A stretch of 35,155 bases of DNA. Source: Candidatus Sysuiplasma jiujiangense (GTDB lineage Archaea; Thermoplasmatota; Thermoplasmata; Sysuiplasmatales; Sysuiplasmataceae). The translations under genes were made by a program, and so were the position numbers. Below the pieces are notes generated by a model. That model had not been told where the DNA came from, did not search any database, and saw nothing but the letters and a program-made list of their open reading frames with translations. How positions within the stretch are numbered: position 1 is the stretch's first letter; every line of letters begins with the position of its first letter. The stretch is from contig JAHEAD010000019.1 of assembly GCA_019721075.1 (NCBI GenBank), positions 1 through 35,155 of the forward strand. Direction: 5' to 3'. Below are positions 1 to 9,708 of this stretch, piece by piece.

Positions 1-92
1 GCTGACACTGCTCCTGCAAGAATGGAAGGTCGGTCATGTTTCAGAAGCTGATGTATCTGCGGCACTCATTGCCTAACCCTTTATGTCCGCCA
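1..92 (+). mobile_element. Right end of an insertion sequence (IS630-like by target signature), with TIR at 72-92 and the probable transposase C-terminus
   Basis: CCTAACCCTTTATGTCCGCCA (72-92) is the reverse complement of 35061-35081 with 1 mismatch and is followed by TAG. An open frame from base 2 (LTLLLQEWKVGHVSEADVSAALIA*) stops at 74-76 inside the repeat, as many transposases do. Confidence 0.65.
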
Positions 93-634
93 TAGGTCGA
101 CACATCCTCGTTCACGAATCCGACGAAGGGTGCAACATCAATGAAGGGATAAGAGATGCTAACTGTCACAAGCTCGGGAGAAGATCCTGAGTGGTAGGCG
201 TTTTGATCCTCATCGACCAGAGGAAGCTCTACCTCGCGATGGGGGGAAAGTCAAAGGTTCGTCAATATGGCACTCTAGCTGGAGGCTCCATAGAAGGCGC
301 GAGTATTTGAGGTGATAGAATTGCGTCAACACTCGTGGGTGCTCTTGGAACGGGTGCTGCAAGTAGGCAGAGTTCGGGCTGGAGGGGGACTGGAGCCAGA
401 AGTATGAGGTGGAGGTCACCAATAGATTGCTGCCAGAGGGGAAGGAAGGAACATTGCTGCCGATAGGGATGCAGAGGATCTGAGTATAGTGTTATTTTTG
501 CCTCAGTAACGAATCACCCTCACTGAGCGGGTATGAAGGGATCAACTCATTTGGTGCATTTGCTTCATTAACCGCACGCATGTCGCAACACAAGGAAATG
601 GAGCGTTACTATGCACGGCACAACTTCGTTCTCC

Positions 635-1630
635 TTATTTCAATTCAGAAAGAATGTTTGTAAAGGAATGCACTTTGGAGGCCTCAAGTAAATCCTGCTC
701 GGCTTCTTGGTAGGACGGATTGCGGATTACGTCTTTAAACTGGATAGTTTGCAGGATCCCGAATCTTGAATAATAGAGACCTAACATCGTCACCTTTGGA
801 AATGAGTTATCTTCTTGCTGATGTTTGTTGGCTAATATTCCATAACCAACTAGTTGAGCCGCATATTTTCGTTGATCCATGGCCTTCACAGTTTTGATGT
901 CAATCAAGAGAGAACCTGCTATCATATCGGCGTCGGCTCCACACATCAACCTTGAATAGTCCCTGAAGGATGGATTGAGCAAGGTGCGCTGCCCAAGATA
1001 TGGGTCTAGGGTTGACCAAGGGACAATCTTCAGTAGGTTTCGCAGATCCTCGACATCTTCTTGGTCGACGTCATCAAGTGGTATATCCACGAATCCCGCA
1101 CGAAAAATCGAATCTAACTTTGCAAGCTTCAACGAAGATTCGCAAAGCCTTTCAATCCATGACTCGTCCCTTGATTTCAGATATTTGTGCAAGATAGATT
1201 TCGTTTTCCCGACTAATGCATTCCCTTGCTTCCACAGGACGGGAATCAGCTTCGGAGGGATATTTCCATTCTTGTCTTTCAAAGCGGAGTTGCCGGTAAT
1301 GACACGTGATTCGGTAGATCCTGTGATTCGCTCAATCTTCTTCAAATCAGAGGCTGTCAGACTAGGGCCGGTCTTCTTACCCAAAGCAGAACCGAGCAGT
1401 CTTGCTAACGCTGCTTCAGCAATCCAACCTCTTACTTCAACTGTGTATCGTTTCTGGATTTCAAACCTCAAAAGATAATCGAACGCCGTGCCTACTAACC
1501 CATAATGATTGGTTAGGGGCGGTGCAAGCAGGGCGTTATTCTTGGTTACGGCAGGTGTCAACTCTGGTAATAATAAACTCAGTTTTCGAGAAAGCGCGCT
1601 GTTACCTTTCAGGATTTTCGTTAGGCTCAA
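635..1630 (-). CDS. PD-(D/E)XK superfamily nuclease-like protein
   Basis: GADAD...LIDIKT...QLVGY catalytic pattern plus an N-terminal GTAFDYLLRF motif. Likely TTG start at 1630 (MSLTKIL); the ORF is open to 1675. Confidence 0.7.
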   Translation of the reverse strand: MSLTKILKGNSALSRKLSLLLPELTPAVTKNNALLAPPLTNHYGLVGTAFDYLLRFEIQKRYTVEVRGWIAEAALARLLGSALGKKTGPSLTASDLKKIERITGSTESRVITGNSALKDKNGNIPPKLIPVLWKQGNALVGKTKSILHKYLKSRDESWIERLCESSLKLAKLDSIFRAGFVDIPLDDVDQEDVEDLRNLLKIVPWSTLDPYLGQRTLLNPSFRDYSRLMCGADADMIAGSLLIDIKTVKAMDQRKYAAQLVGYGILANKHQQEDNSFPKVTMLGLYYSRFGILQTIQFKDVIRNPSYQEAEQDLLEASKVHSFTNILSELK

Positions 1631-1721
1631 ATTTCTACCTTGCTGAATGTAGACGATCATAATAAAGCTGGTCATTCAATTCATAAAGTAAACTATTCCA
1701 CTTGTTGTAGGTGATTTCAAT

Positions 1722-1755
1722 CAGGATCCCCTGTTTTTCAAAAAACGGGATCTTG
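1722..1755. terminator. Hairpin between the two nuclease genes
   Basis: CAGGATCCC-CT-GTTTTT-CA-AAAAAC-GGGATCTTG imperfect stem-loop about 25 bp past the stop of the 1782-2330 gene. Confidence 0.4.
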
Positions 1756-1781
1756 CACATTTTGGGAAGTTTAATCGGACA

Positions 1782-2330
1782 TTAATATCCGATGACAAGG
1801 ATACCATTCAATGGTAATGCTATCCTGTTGCTCGCGTATAAAGTCTCGAAAAACGTAATCACCTTTTCAAAATCATGACTGTTTCTGTAAACTTTCCTGA
1901 CGGCTATTACTAGGAACTCGACGTTTACCATGACACAAGCTTCGAAGAGGTCTTTAAGGAACTGATAGTTCGTCACGGCTCTCCCAGCCTCTATCTCTAT
2001 AACTGTCTTCTTCACTTCGGCGAAAGCATCTGCATGAAACCACTTCTCGACTTGTCCATTTTTCCCGAACAAGACTGGAACACGGATTTTCCCATCAGTA
2101 GAAGAACTCTTCTCGACTTGGAACCCTGCCTGGATGAGACCCTTTGATATCTCCTTTAGAACAGCGTTACTATTCAGTTTGTTGGTCTCAGAACTAATTC
2201 TCTGTGAGGCATCTTGGAATGATCCTATTACTTGGGCTAAATGGTCAGGGAGCTTACTGGACAAAGGGAAAAATTGCCACTCAACTTGATTAGCTGGTCC
2301 CGTGGTTTTCGAAATCAAATTCTTCGCCAT
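1782..2330 (-). CDS. Restriction-endonuclease-like protein (BglII/BstYI-like PD-(D/E)XK fold)
   Basis: 182 aa with FHADAF...VIEIEAGRAVTNYQFLKDL, a D...ExE catalytic pattern. Confidence 0.6.
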   Translation of the reverse strand: MAKNLISKTTGPANQVEWQFFPLSSKLPDHLAQVIGSFQDASQRISSETNKLNSNAVLKEISKGLIQAGFQVEKSSSTDGKIRVPVLFGKNGQVEKWFHADAFAEVKKTVIEIEAGRAVTNYQFLKDLFEACVMVNVEFLVIAVRKVYRNSHDFEKVITFFETLYASNRIALPLNGILVIGY

Positions 2331-2735
2331 TAGGTACTTCCCTTCGGTTACCGGTTCTCTGATCCTGAGTGCTCTCTAAAGATGAGTCGACTTTAGGTGA
2401 TCCTGAAACCGTGCTGATGCCGAAGGCCTGTATCCGATTGGAATGATTTCTAGTTTACCTGGCGGTGGAACTCTCAAGGAGGTTAAACGATCGGTTTCGT
2501 ATCCCTTGCCAGGTGCCATCATAGAGGCACATTCCGAGTTTTCTTTTCCAACGGTAAGCTAACGATTAGAAATCTTCAGCTTGAATTCCTCACTTTCCTG
2601 CCGATAACGCCCTAAACCAGTATGTCTAGATCCTTTAACAGATGCCTATTGAGGCGTTGGTTGACGTAGCCGCAGTTATGCCTTTCGACTCGAAGAGGAA
2701 ATCGAAGAAATAAACGGGCGCGCACCTGAACAGAG

Positions 2736-2810
2736 CGGGCGTGGTGGGATTCGAACCCACGACCACTTGCTTAGGAGGCAAGTGCCATATCCTGACTAGG
2801 CCACACGCCC
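2736..2810 (-). tRNA. tRNA-Arg(CCT), no encoded CCA
   Basis: GGGCGTG/CACGCCC acceptor stem, D arm GCCTAGTCAGGATATGGC, anticodon arm CTTGC-CTCCTAA-GCAAG, T loop GGTTCGAATCC. Confidence 0.97.
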
Positions 2811-2866
2811 TGCTGCAGGCCGGATGTTGCCTGTCATCCCGGCCATCACAGCATGTCCCGGGATTG

Positions 2867-3700
2867 CTAATTGCTCTTCTGTTCCTGGGTCTCACTTTTT
2901 GCTTCAGGCGCGCTTTCAACCGCTGTCTTTTCCTCCACTTCCCCTTCCTGCTTTTTCTCCGTGGCGGTCTCAGGCGTTGATTTTACATACTTTTCGATAA
3001 AATTCACTTCCTTCATTCCGGCGGATTCATATGCTTCAGCCACAAACCTGAGTTTCACATTCATCCATCTGGGGTCCAGCCTGCATGAGTCAGGCAGGAC
3101 AACCGAGACCGAATCGCCGTTTATTGTTATTTCAAAGCCGGTGTCTGTTCCGTAATACATTTCGAGGAAGGCCCTCAGCTTCTCCTCCCTGTCCTCCACC
3201 TTCTTGATAATTTTGCATTTGTATTTCAGCGAATGGCCGGCGAGCGGATTATTGAAATCAACCCTGACCCTGCCAACGGTTACCTGGGTAATCCTTCCTA
3301 CCCTGTCACCTATCCGGACATCCTCGCCGACCTTCGGCTCCACATTCATCCTTTCAAACTCCCTTACTGAATAAAGCCGCACAAGCGCCGGATCCCTGTT
3401 TCCCGCCGCTTCCTCCGGCCTGATGCTTACTTCAAACTCATCCCCGACGCCAGCAGAGACAATCGATTTTTCCAGACCCGGGAACAATCTGTTCTTTCCA
3501 ACGATCTCATAGACCGGGCCGTATACTGTCTTGTCGTCGTATATCCCCTCCTTCCGGGCATTCTCCTTGCTTGTAGTCTGGAAAAGCTTCCCCGTTTCAG
3601 ATATCCAGGCATCAAGTTCCAGCTGAACTATGTCGCCCTGTTTAATTGTGTCTCTGACTTCACCACTGCTTTCAGTTTTCACCTGGGCGTCTTCAGTCAT
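2867..3700 (-). CDS. Archaeal long-type FKBP peptidyl-prolyl cis-trans isomerase (SlyD-like)
   Basis: LFPGLEKSI, PEEAAGNRDP and RVRVDFNNPLAGHSLKY motifs; acidic C-terminal tail. Confidence 0.92.
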   Translation of the reverse strand: MTEDAQVKTESSGEVRDTIKQGDIVQLELDAWISETGKLFQTTSKENARKEGIYDDKTVYGPVYEIVGKNRLFPGLEKSIVSAGVGDEFEVSIRPEEAAGNRDPALVRLYSVREFERMNVEPKVGEDVRIGDRVGRITQVTVGRVRVDFNNPLAGHSLKYKCKIIKKVEDREEKLRAFLEMYYGTDTGFEITINGDSVSVVLPDSCRLDPRWMNVKLRFVAEAYESAGMKEVNFIEKYVKSTPETATEKKQEGEVEEKTAVESAPEAKSETQEQKSN

Positions 3701-3919
3701 TTATTACCACCGGCATTAATGTGATGGGATTACGGGTGCTGTTTTTAAAGCTTTTCAGTTTTGAAGCTCAGATTCGTGCACAGGGCACGCTTTGCGGCGT
3801 GGCTGAAGCGCCTGCTGAACGCGAAACGGCACCAGGCATGTCCTTAAATCGGGATATGTTCGACGGCTGTCAAATAATGTTTATAGACCCTCGTTTCAAA
3901 TAAGCGGATTGTGAGGAAT

Positions 3920-5074
3920 ATGACTGGTCTAAGCAAAGCAGTGGCAATTTCGGTTGCGGCGCTGATGTTTCTCTCAGCGGCTTCATTCGCCATGGGTGAC
4001 ACACATCCGTCGCCTGCACCGTCAGTGCCAAAGATAGAAAACCACGACAATTCGATAATCGTATCGAACAGCAAGATAACCGTGTGGTTCCAGGACTTCA
4101 AGCCCATGCTGCATATATTCTACAGGAATCAGAGCAACAATACGGGTTTCACCATTGACGTCCGCGGTGTCTATGAATTGAACAGCACAGGCGTGCCTGT
4201 TGCGGTGCTTTCCACTGTCAGGGCATTCCCCGATATGGGAGACATGACACAGGGCGGAATGTTCAACTACAGCAGCGGCGTCGCTGTATCATACGACAAC
4301 GCATCCCAGATGGTAAACATAACATTCAACCTGACTTCCGAAGAATTTGCGCTCGGCCCCATGCATCTGTTTAACGTCTCCGGCGGAAACGACAACAATA
4401 ATGCTGCGATTGCGGCCGAAGACGGCACGATGCAGCCCGTTCATGGCATAGGCCAGGGCAGCATTTCAGTAGTCTTCCATGTCAACGAGTCTTCGGCGCA
4501 TGTGAAGTTCGATCTGTTAGTGAACAAGTGGACATGGTTCAACAATACCGGCGACAAGCTTGCGCTTGCCGTTGCAGTTGTCGGGCACAACATCGTGAGA
4601 GACGCGCAGGGCAATGAGCCCTCCTCGGCCGGAACGCAGGTTGGAGACAACAGCCAGAACAACAATAACAACCAGAAGGACAGCGCTGTTGCGAATGCAA
4701 ACGGCAATTCCGGCGCCAATCAGAACAACCACGGCAATGACAGAATCAACATCGACCAGAGCAGCTTCTCCGCACTGGGATTTATCTCATGGGGCAGTAG
4801 CGCCACAGCGACCTACAGCAACGGAACATCAGCGACCGTCAATGTGACGGCGAAGATGTTCAATCACGGCTTTGAAGAGGCAGGAATGACGCACATACTC
4901 TTCATATTCAGCACACCGGCCGGATGGAACACAAACTACAGCAAACTGGCATACGACCCGACCGTCGGGCTCGACAGCTCAATGACAACGATGGGTTACA
5001 CACTCATCGGAGGAATAGCTGCAGCGGCAATCCTTGCCGGAGCGGCAGTTATCCTGATGATCCGCAGACGCTGA
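3920..5074 (+). CDS. Secreted, C-terminally membrane-anchored cell-surface glycoprotein
   Basis: N-terminal signal peptide, many N-x-S/T sequons, Asn-rich low-complexity tracts, C-terminal TM helix ending in RRR. ATG at 3920 follows GTGAGG; the ORF is open from 3911. Confidence 0.8.
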   Translation: MTGLSKAVAISVAALMFLSAASFAMGDTHPSPAPSVPKIENHDNSIIVSNSKITVWFQDFKPMLHIFYRNQSNNTGFTIDVRGVYELNSTGVPVAVLSTVRAFPDMGDMTQGGMFNYSSGVAVSYDNASQMVNITFNLTSEEFALGPMHLFNVSGGNDNNNAAIAAEDGTMQPVHGIGQGSISVVFHVNESSAHVKFDLLVNKWTWFNNTGDKLALAVAVVGHNIVRDAQGNEPSSAGTQVGDNSQNNNNNQKDSAVANANGNSGANQNNHGNDRINIDQSSFSALGFISWGSSATATYSNGTSATVNVTAKMFNHGFEEAGMTHILFIFSTPAGWNTNYSKLAYDPTVGLDSSMTTMGYTLIGGIAAAAILAGAAVILMIRRR

Positions 5075-5146
5075 ATCTTCAATGCTGTCTCTTTCAGAAA
5101 AACACTTCAAACCACTTAATTTCCTTTTATATAATCCGCTCTTCAA

Positions 5147-5165
5147 AACAGCTGTAACAGCTGTT
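5147..5165. promoter_or_regulatory. Perfect 9-1-9 inverted repeat between convergent genes
   Basis: AACAGCTGT-A-ACAGCTGTT, located at the edge of the 243-bp direct repeat. Confidence 0.4.
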
Positions 5166-5171
5166 CTGATT

Positions 5172-5414
5172 CGGGTGCATGCCATTCCGGGATTGTGCCG
5201 TTACCTTGCCATTCTGAGTGCAGATCTCAGCTCTGTCTCGAATTCATCGGGTCTGGAGAGGTTTATCAGATGGTCTGCCCCCGGGACAATGACCAGCCTG
5301 GAATCTGGAATTTCTCTGGATACGAGTTTTGCAAAGGGCAACGATGAAGGATTATCCCTGTCACCCACAAGGACTGTTGTCGGCGTATGAACCGCTTTCA
5401 GAAGAGGGTAGGCA
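5172..5414 (+). repeat. 243-bp direct repeat, copy 1 (copy 2 at 34535-34777)
   Basis: Ungapped manual alignment at offset 29363 gave 11 mismatches. Covers the 3' end of the hydrolase gene and about 30 bp downstream. Confidence 0.95.
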
Positions 5415-6052
5415 GGCTTTCCCCTCTCAATGTGCTGCATGCTGTTTTCGGTGAATATCTCAGCCATGTTCTGCTCAACCATTTCTCTGAAGAGTTCCAG
5501 ATTCCTTCCCGTAAGCTCCGGGCACCAGAGCCTGCGGAGCTTCTCCGATGCTTCGGATGCTCTCCCTTCCGACCAGGCCTGAGCTATTTCCTTTGATTTC
5601 GTTTCATCGTATTCGAAAGCCGGAAGATCTTCTTTGCTGAATGCCTCAAACGGTGTCCCGGACACACCCGGCGCTGCCAGGAAGAGCCCGCTCACCTCCT
5701 CCGGAAATTCAATTGCATAGCTTACTGCGAATCCGCCGCCCATGCTGCAGCCCACAAGGAAAGGTCTTTCGAGGCGCAAATGCTTTACGAGAGCCCTTAT
5801 GTCTTCGACACAGGAGAATGGCGCGGAGGCAGGCGGCGATTGTCCGTATCCCCTCATGTCGAATCTGACAGTCTGATGGTCCCCAGCAAAGACGCTCATC
5901 TCGCGGTTCCACATCCTCCTGTCTGCAATCGCCGCATGTATGAAGAGAACGGGAGTGCCTCTGCCGGCCGTATCATATGCGATTTGTCCACCTCTCACCG
6001 CCAGTAGAGAATGCCCCATCCCTTTCTCTGATCCGTTCCCCTTTTCCGTCAT
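5201..6052 (-). CDS. Alpha/beta fold hydrolase
   Basis: GCSMGG nucleophile elbow, FDMRGYGQS, VGDRD acid residue, ADH catalytic His. Confidence 0.92.
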   Translation of the reverse strand: MTEKGNGSEKGMGHSLLAVRGGQIAYDTAGRGTPVLFIHAAIADRRMWNREMSVFAGDHQTVRFDMRGYGQSPPASAPFSCVEDIRALVKHLRLERPFLVGCSMGGGFAVSYAIEFPEEVSGLFLAAPGVSGTPFEAFSKEDLPAFEYDETKSKEIAQAWSEGRASEASEKLRRLWCPELTGRNLELFREMVEQNMAEIFTENSMQHIERGKPAYPLLKAVHTPTTVLVGDRDNPSSLPFAKLVSREIPDSRLVIVPGADHLINLSRPDEFETELRSALRMAR

Positions 6053-6683
6053 TATACAGCAGGCACATCACCGATGTATTTTAACATATGAGGCAGCTCA
6101 CCGATTTGCTAAGGAGTAGTGCCGTGAGAACCTGTCGGAAGACTACGGTATTCGTATTTCGAAACTGTCGATCTGAATCCCTGTGATATGGCATCATTGG
6201 TAAAAGAAATTATAGCTGTGGATCTTGCAATCTATGGACAGATTTCATGTAAAAGGCGCTTTTCTATCAGGTTTTTACAGTCCTTTGTTAGATGCTTGCA
6301 GTTTTTCACCGAGATAAACAGATCCCTGTATCCTCCAGGTGCATTCTATCATGTTTAGGAAACCGAAGTCCTCTGTGCTGATGCCTTTTGCCGAAAACCA
6401 TGGGGCAGTGATAGCCTGTAGGTAAATGCCATGTGAATTCTTGGGTGACTTATCTCCACACGTGTTGTAGATGACATTCAACATCAGCTCGGGAATTGGA
6501 GACTGTAGCTCATTTTCATCCTGGTACAATCACGTCGATATCCGTTAAACCAGCCATTATGCTGTATTGTGTCTCTTGTAAAACAAACATAGGAAACTGG
6601 ATGATTTTCATATACGTGTTAGTTTTTCCCGCTGAATGTTGGCATAGATGCACGCCTGGCAGTCGATGTCAGGAAAACATATT

Positions 6684-7607
6684 TCATAACCTCCCATAGC
6701 ATGCCGGAAACACCCTATGTTTTAGTTCGGTAAGCTGTCGGTCTGTCAGAGGTATGCAAGGCAATCTAAGGCCAGAGTTTGCCACCACCCCTCTAAAAAG
6801 AAGAAGTTCCTTTTCAATCGCAACGAACTGATCGAAGTGGCCATTGATGAATTTGAAGTAGGGTTCAAGGTTAGACAAGATTTTTACTCCTCCATTCCTT
6901 TCACTGCGGAAGGCATCAAATGCTCTTACGAAGATGTCTGAAAATGAGAGACCTGGAATGGTTCCTGAGGCACCATTGTTCAACTCTTCGGCAAAATTTA
7001 TTCCCAGTTTGCCTCCGAGAATGGAAACTTTTGAAGCGAAATTTCTGTGCAGCTGCCTTATAATCCGTGTAGCATTATTGCCTTCGATTTTAATTGCTGC
7101 AATATTCTGAGATTCAGCTAACACGTCCTTCAATTCCGCAACGCCGAGCGGCATCGCATTTTCAGTGTAAAACAGTTGCAGAATGACCGGGCAGGAGCAC
7201 AAGTCGCAGAACTCCCTTATAAATCGAACTGTGGTTTCTTCGATCTCCTTTCTCATTGGATAGAAGTACGGCGGAGAAAGTATGACACCGCTAGCGCCAT
7301 TGTTCACTGCATGCCTCGCAAGATCGACAGCCGGCTTTAATCCTGAGTGTGACACACCGATGAACACCGGCAGACGTCGATGCGCCGTTCCAATTGCCGC
7401 AGAGGCCACTCTCTTCCTTTCATTTTCATTCAACTTGTAAAATTCGCCTCCAATAACAAGAACTGCGAGACCGGAGACACCGCACTCAACGGCGAAGTTT
7501 ATAGCCGACCGCAAATCTGAGTAGGATAATCCCCCTCTCTTTGTGAAAAATGTTGGCATAGCGGGAATGATGCCTCTAACCTTTCCATATCCGTTCAAAC
7601 CGAACAC
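6684..7607 (-). CDS. DHDPS/NAL family aldolase, candidate 2-keto-3-deoxy-L-rhamnonate aldolase
   Basis: PAMPTFF, VIGGEF (variant of GxxGE), SPPYFY and AAIKIE Schiff-base Lys. Divergent from the rhamnonate dehydratase gene. Confidence 0.8.
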   Translation of the reverse strand: MFGLNGYGKVRGIIPAMPTFFTKRGGLSYSDLRSAINFAVECGVSGLAVLVIGGEFYKLNENERKRVASAAIGTAHRRLPVFIGVSHSGLKPAVDLARHAVNNGASGVILSPPYFYPMRKEIEETTVRFIREFCDLCSCPVILQLFYTENAMPLGVAELKDVLAESQNIAAIKIEGNNATRIIRQLHRNFASKVSILGGKLGINFAEELNNGASGTIPGLSFSDIFVRAFDAFRSERNGGVKILSNLEPYFKFINGHFDQFVAIEKELLLFRGVVANSGLRLPCIPLTDRQLTELKHRVFPACYGRL

Positions 7608-7700
7608 AACCTTACAATATAATGGGAATTATGCGGTTAAAATTTATGACGAACAAATCCGGAAACTCTATTAAATACTGACAATTGGTGATCAAATGAA

Positions 7701-8816
7701 ATGTCGAGAATTTCGAATATAAGCCTTACAGAATTCGAGGAGGTACGGCAACCGATATACCCTTATGTTAAACCAACAGACTACTACAAGCAATATCTTG
7801 GTGAAACTTCCCCTGTAGAAGCAGCTTTGCTCAGCAGAATATGTTTTGCAAGAATGACCACGGAGTCTGGTCTCAGTTCTTATTTGGCTGTTTCCGAACC
7901 TGTTGCAGATTTCATCTCTAACATATCAAGCAGCATAATCGGTTTCGATACAGCTGAAATATCCAAGGCATGGGATTATCTCTACAGAAAAACCCTACCA
8001 CTGGGAAGGGCAGGTCTTGCGATGCATGCGATAAGCGCAATCAACCTTCTAATGTATGATCTGCTGGGTAAAGAGCTGAAAGTACCTGTTTACAAGCTTA
8101 CTGGCGGTGCTACAAGGGATGCCATAAGGGCATATGCGAGCCATCTCCATCCGCTTCCCCCTAAGGAACTCCAGAAGGAGGCGCTGAAGTACGTGGAAGA
8201 TGGCTATCGGACAATGAAAATGAGGTTCGCCGCGGGCCCTGCAGATCCTTTTGCAGTTGAAAAAAACATTGCGCTTGTCAAGACAATTCGCGACGCAATC
8301 GGCTATGAAGTGGAACTCGCTGGTGATGCTTGGATGTCATGGAACTATAACTTTGCAGTATTCATGATATCGCGTCTGGAAAAGTTTGAGATGAGGTGGG
8401 TTGAGGAGCCTCTGCTGCCTGACGATTTTGAGGGTTTTTCACGGCTTACTAAGTCTGTAGCAACACCAATTTCAGCGGGCGAGCATCATTATTACATCTA
8501 TGATTTCAAAAAGCTTCTAGACAGCGGTGTTACGATACTCCAGCCCGATACCACTTGGGTTGGAGGCATGACAGCTATGTTGAAAATCGCTTCACTTGCC
8601 GAAACATATGGTGCATGGGTCATCCCACACTCCGGAAACATCTACAACCTTCATTTCATTTTCAGTCAATCGGAATCAGTAGCGCCCATGGCTGAATACC
8701 TCACAAAGTACAGAGAATGGATGGAACAGCATTCCAGTGGAATACCTGTTCCGGAGCTTGGATATATAAAACTTGATGAGAAACCTGGTTTCGGGGTCAC
8801 TCATGACTTCAAATAA
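7701..8816 (+). CDS. rhmD: L-rhamnonate dehydratase-like enolase-superfamily enzyme
   Basis: KMRF, DAWMSW, WVEEPL, GEHH, QPD and VIPH motifs match the RhmD pattern; rhamnose gene context. Confidence 0.8.
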   Translation: MSRISNISLTEFEEVRQPIYPYVKPTDYYKQYLGETSPVEAALLSRICFARMTTESGLSSYLAVSEPVADFISNISSSIIGFDTAEISKAWDYLYRKTLPLGRAGLAMHAISAINLLMYDLLGKELKVPVYKLTGGATRDAIRAYASHLHPLPPKELQKEALKYVEDGYRTMKMRFAAGPADPFAVEKNIALVKTIRDAIGYEVELAGDAWMSWNYNFAVFMISRLEKFEMRWVEEPLLPDDFEGFSRLTKSVATPISAGEHHYYIYDFKKLLDSGVTILQPDTTWVGGMTAMLKIASLAETYGAWVIPHSGNIYNLHFIFSQSESVAPMAEYLTKYREWMEQHSSGIPVPELGYIKLDEKPGFGVTHDFK

Positions 8817-9570
8817 GGGAGAGTACCGTATCAGGGTCATAAAAACAGGCGAATCAGAAGTTCCCGCACCCGAAGTTTACTGGATGTCTTCGTGGGACAA
8901 GTGGGAGAAGCTATCCTTTCACATGCTTCTTGCATATAATGAAGATACGAATTTTCTGATTAATACAGGCCTTCCTGATGATCTAATGCTGAGAAATGCT
9001 GAAATGAGGAAGTTTGCTGGCGAAAGATGTATTTTCAAACAATTTGATGCTATTTCCGAACTTGAAAAAATAGGTTTTTCGCCTCGACAAATATCCAATG
9101 TATCATTTACCCCAATACAGGATTACACAGTGGGTGGCCTGAAGAGGTTCCCGGCGGCAAACATATTCATTCATCGACAGGGATGGGTCGACGACATACA
9201 GGCACCTATGTATTCCAAACATTTGCCGAGAAGTCTCTTCATACCGGACGACATACTGCAGTATATTGAATTTGAGGCTTGGGAAAGAGTCAGGTTCTTC
9301 GACTGCCCGAGGCTCGTAGAGCTGATAGAGGGTATTGATGTGATGTGGGTCGGTTGCCATCACAGATCCAGTCTCGCATTCGTAATCAGCACTAAAGAGG
9401 GAAAGGTCGTTTTTACCGATTGCGCCTTTAAAACGGCTAATATATCAAATATCCATCCGATTGGTATTGCCGAGAATATCTTTGAATGTATAGATGCCTA
9501 CAAGGCGTTTCAGAAAATTGGAAGAGTTCTGCCTGCCTACGATCCATCTATTGATGGACTGGAAATTTAG
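8803..9570 (+). CDS. Metallo-beta-lactamase-fold protein with degenerate metal motif, candidate lactonase
   Basis: LINTG, TPIQDYTVGG (in place of THxHxDHxGG), GCHHRSS, FTD and PAYDP motifs. ATG at 8803 overlaps the end of rhmD. Confidence 0.65.
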   Translation: MTSNKGEYRIRVIKTGESEVPAPEVYWMSSWDKWEKLSFHMLLAYNEDTNFLINTGLPDDLMLRNAEMRKFAGERCIFKQFDAISELEKIGFSPRQISNVSFTPIQDYTVGGLKRFPAANIFIHRQGWVDDIQAPMYSKHLPRSLFIPDDILQYIEFEAWERVRFFDCPRLVELIEGIDVMWVGCHHRSSLAFVISTKEGKVVFTDCAFKTANISNIHPIGIAENIFECIDAYKAFQKIGRVLPAYDPSIDGLEI

Positions 9571-9708
9571 AAAAATTCGCTTTGAGGTGAAGATGTCGTT
9601 ATGTGGTGTTATTTCATCCATCTGCTTCAGCTCCGGGATGCGATACCGGAACTGTGCGGAACCCTGCTTTTATAACTCCAAGCGATTTATTTACAAGAGG
9701 GGACCGAT

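Noticed and set aside
210..422. 70-aa minus-strand ORF and other short frames at 96-600
   Set aside because: No recognisable motif, RBS or consistent long frame; probably debris.
2642..2713. Short ORF MPIEALVDVAAVMPFDSKRKSKK beside the tRNA 3' end as a possible integrase remnant or att site
   Set aside because: No catalytic motif, and I found no second copy of the tRNA 3' end in the window.
2635..2980. ORFs overlapping the tRNA
   Set aside because: Shadow frames of tRNA-Arg and the FKBP gene.
6275..6699. ORFs 6275-6529 and 6496-6699
   Set aside because: No family motifs; cannot be supported as genes.
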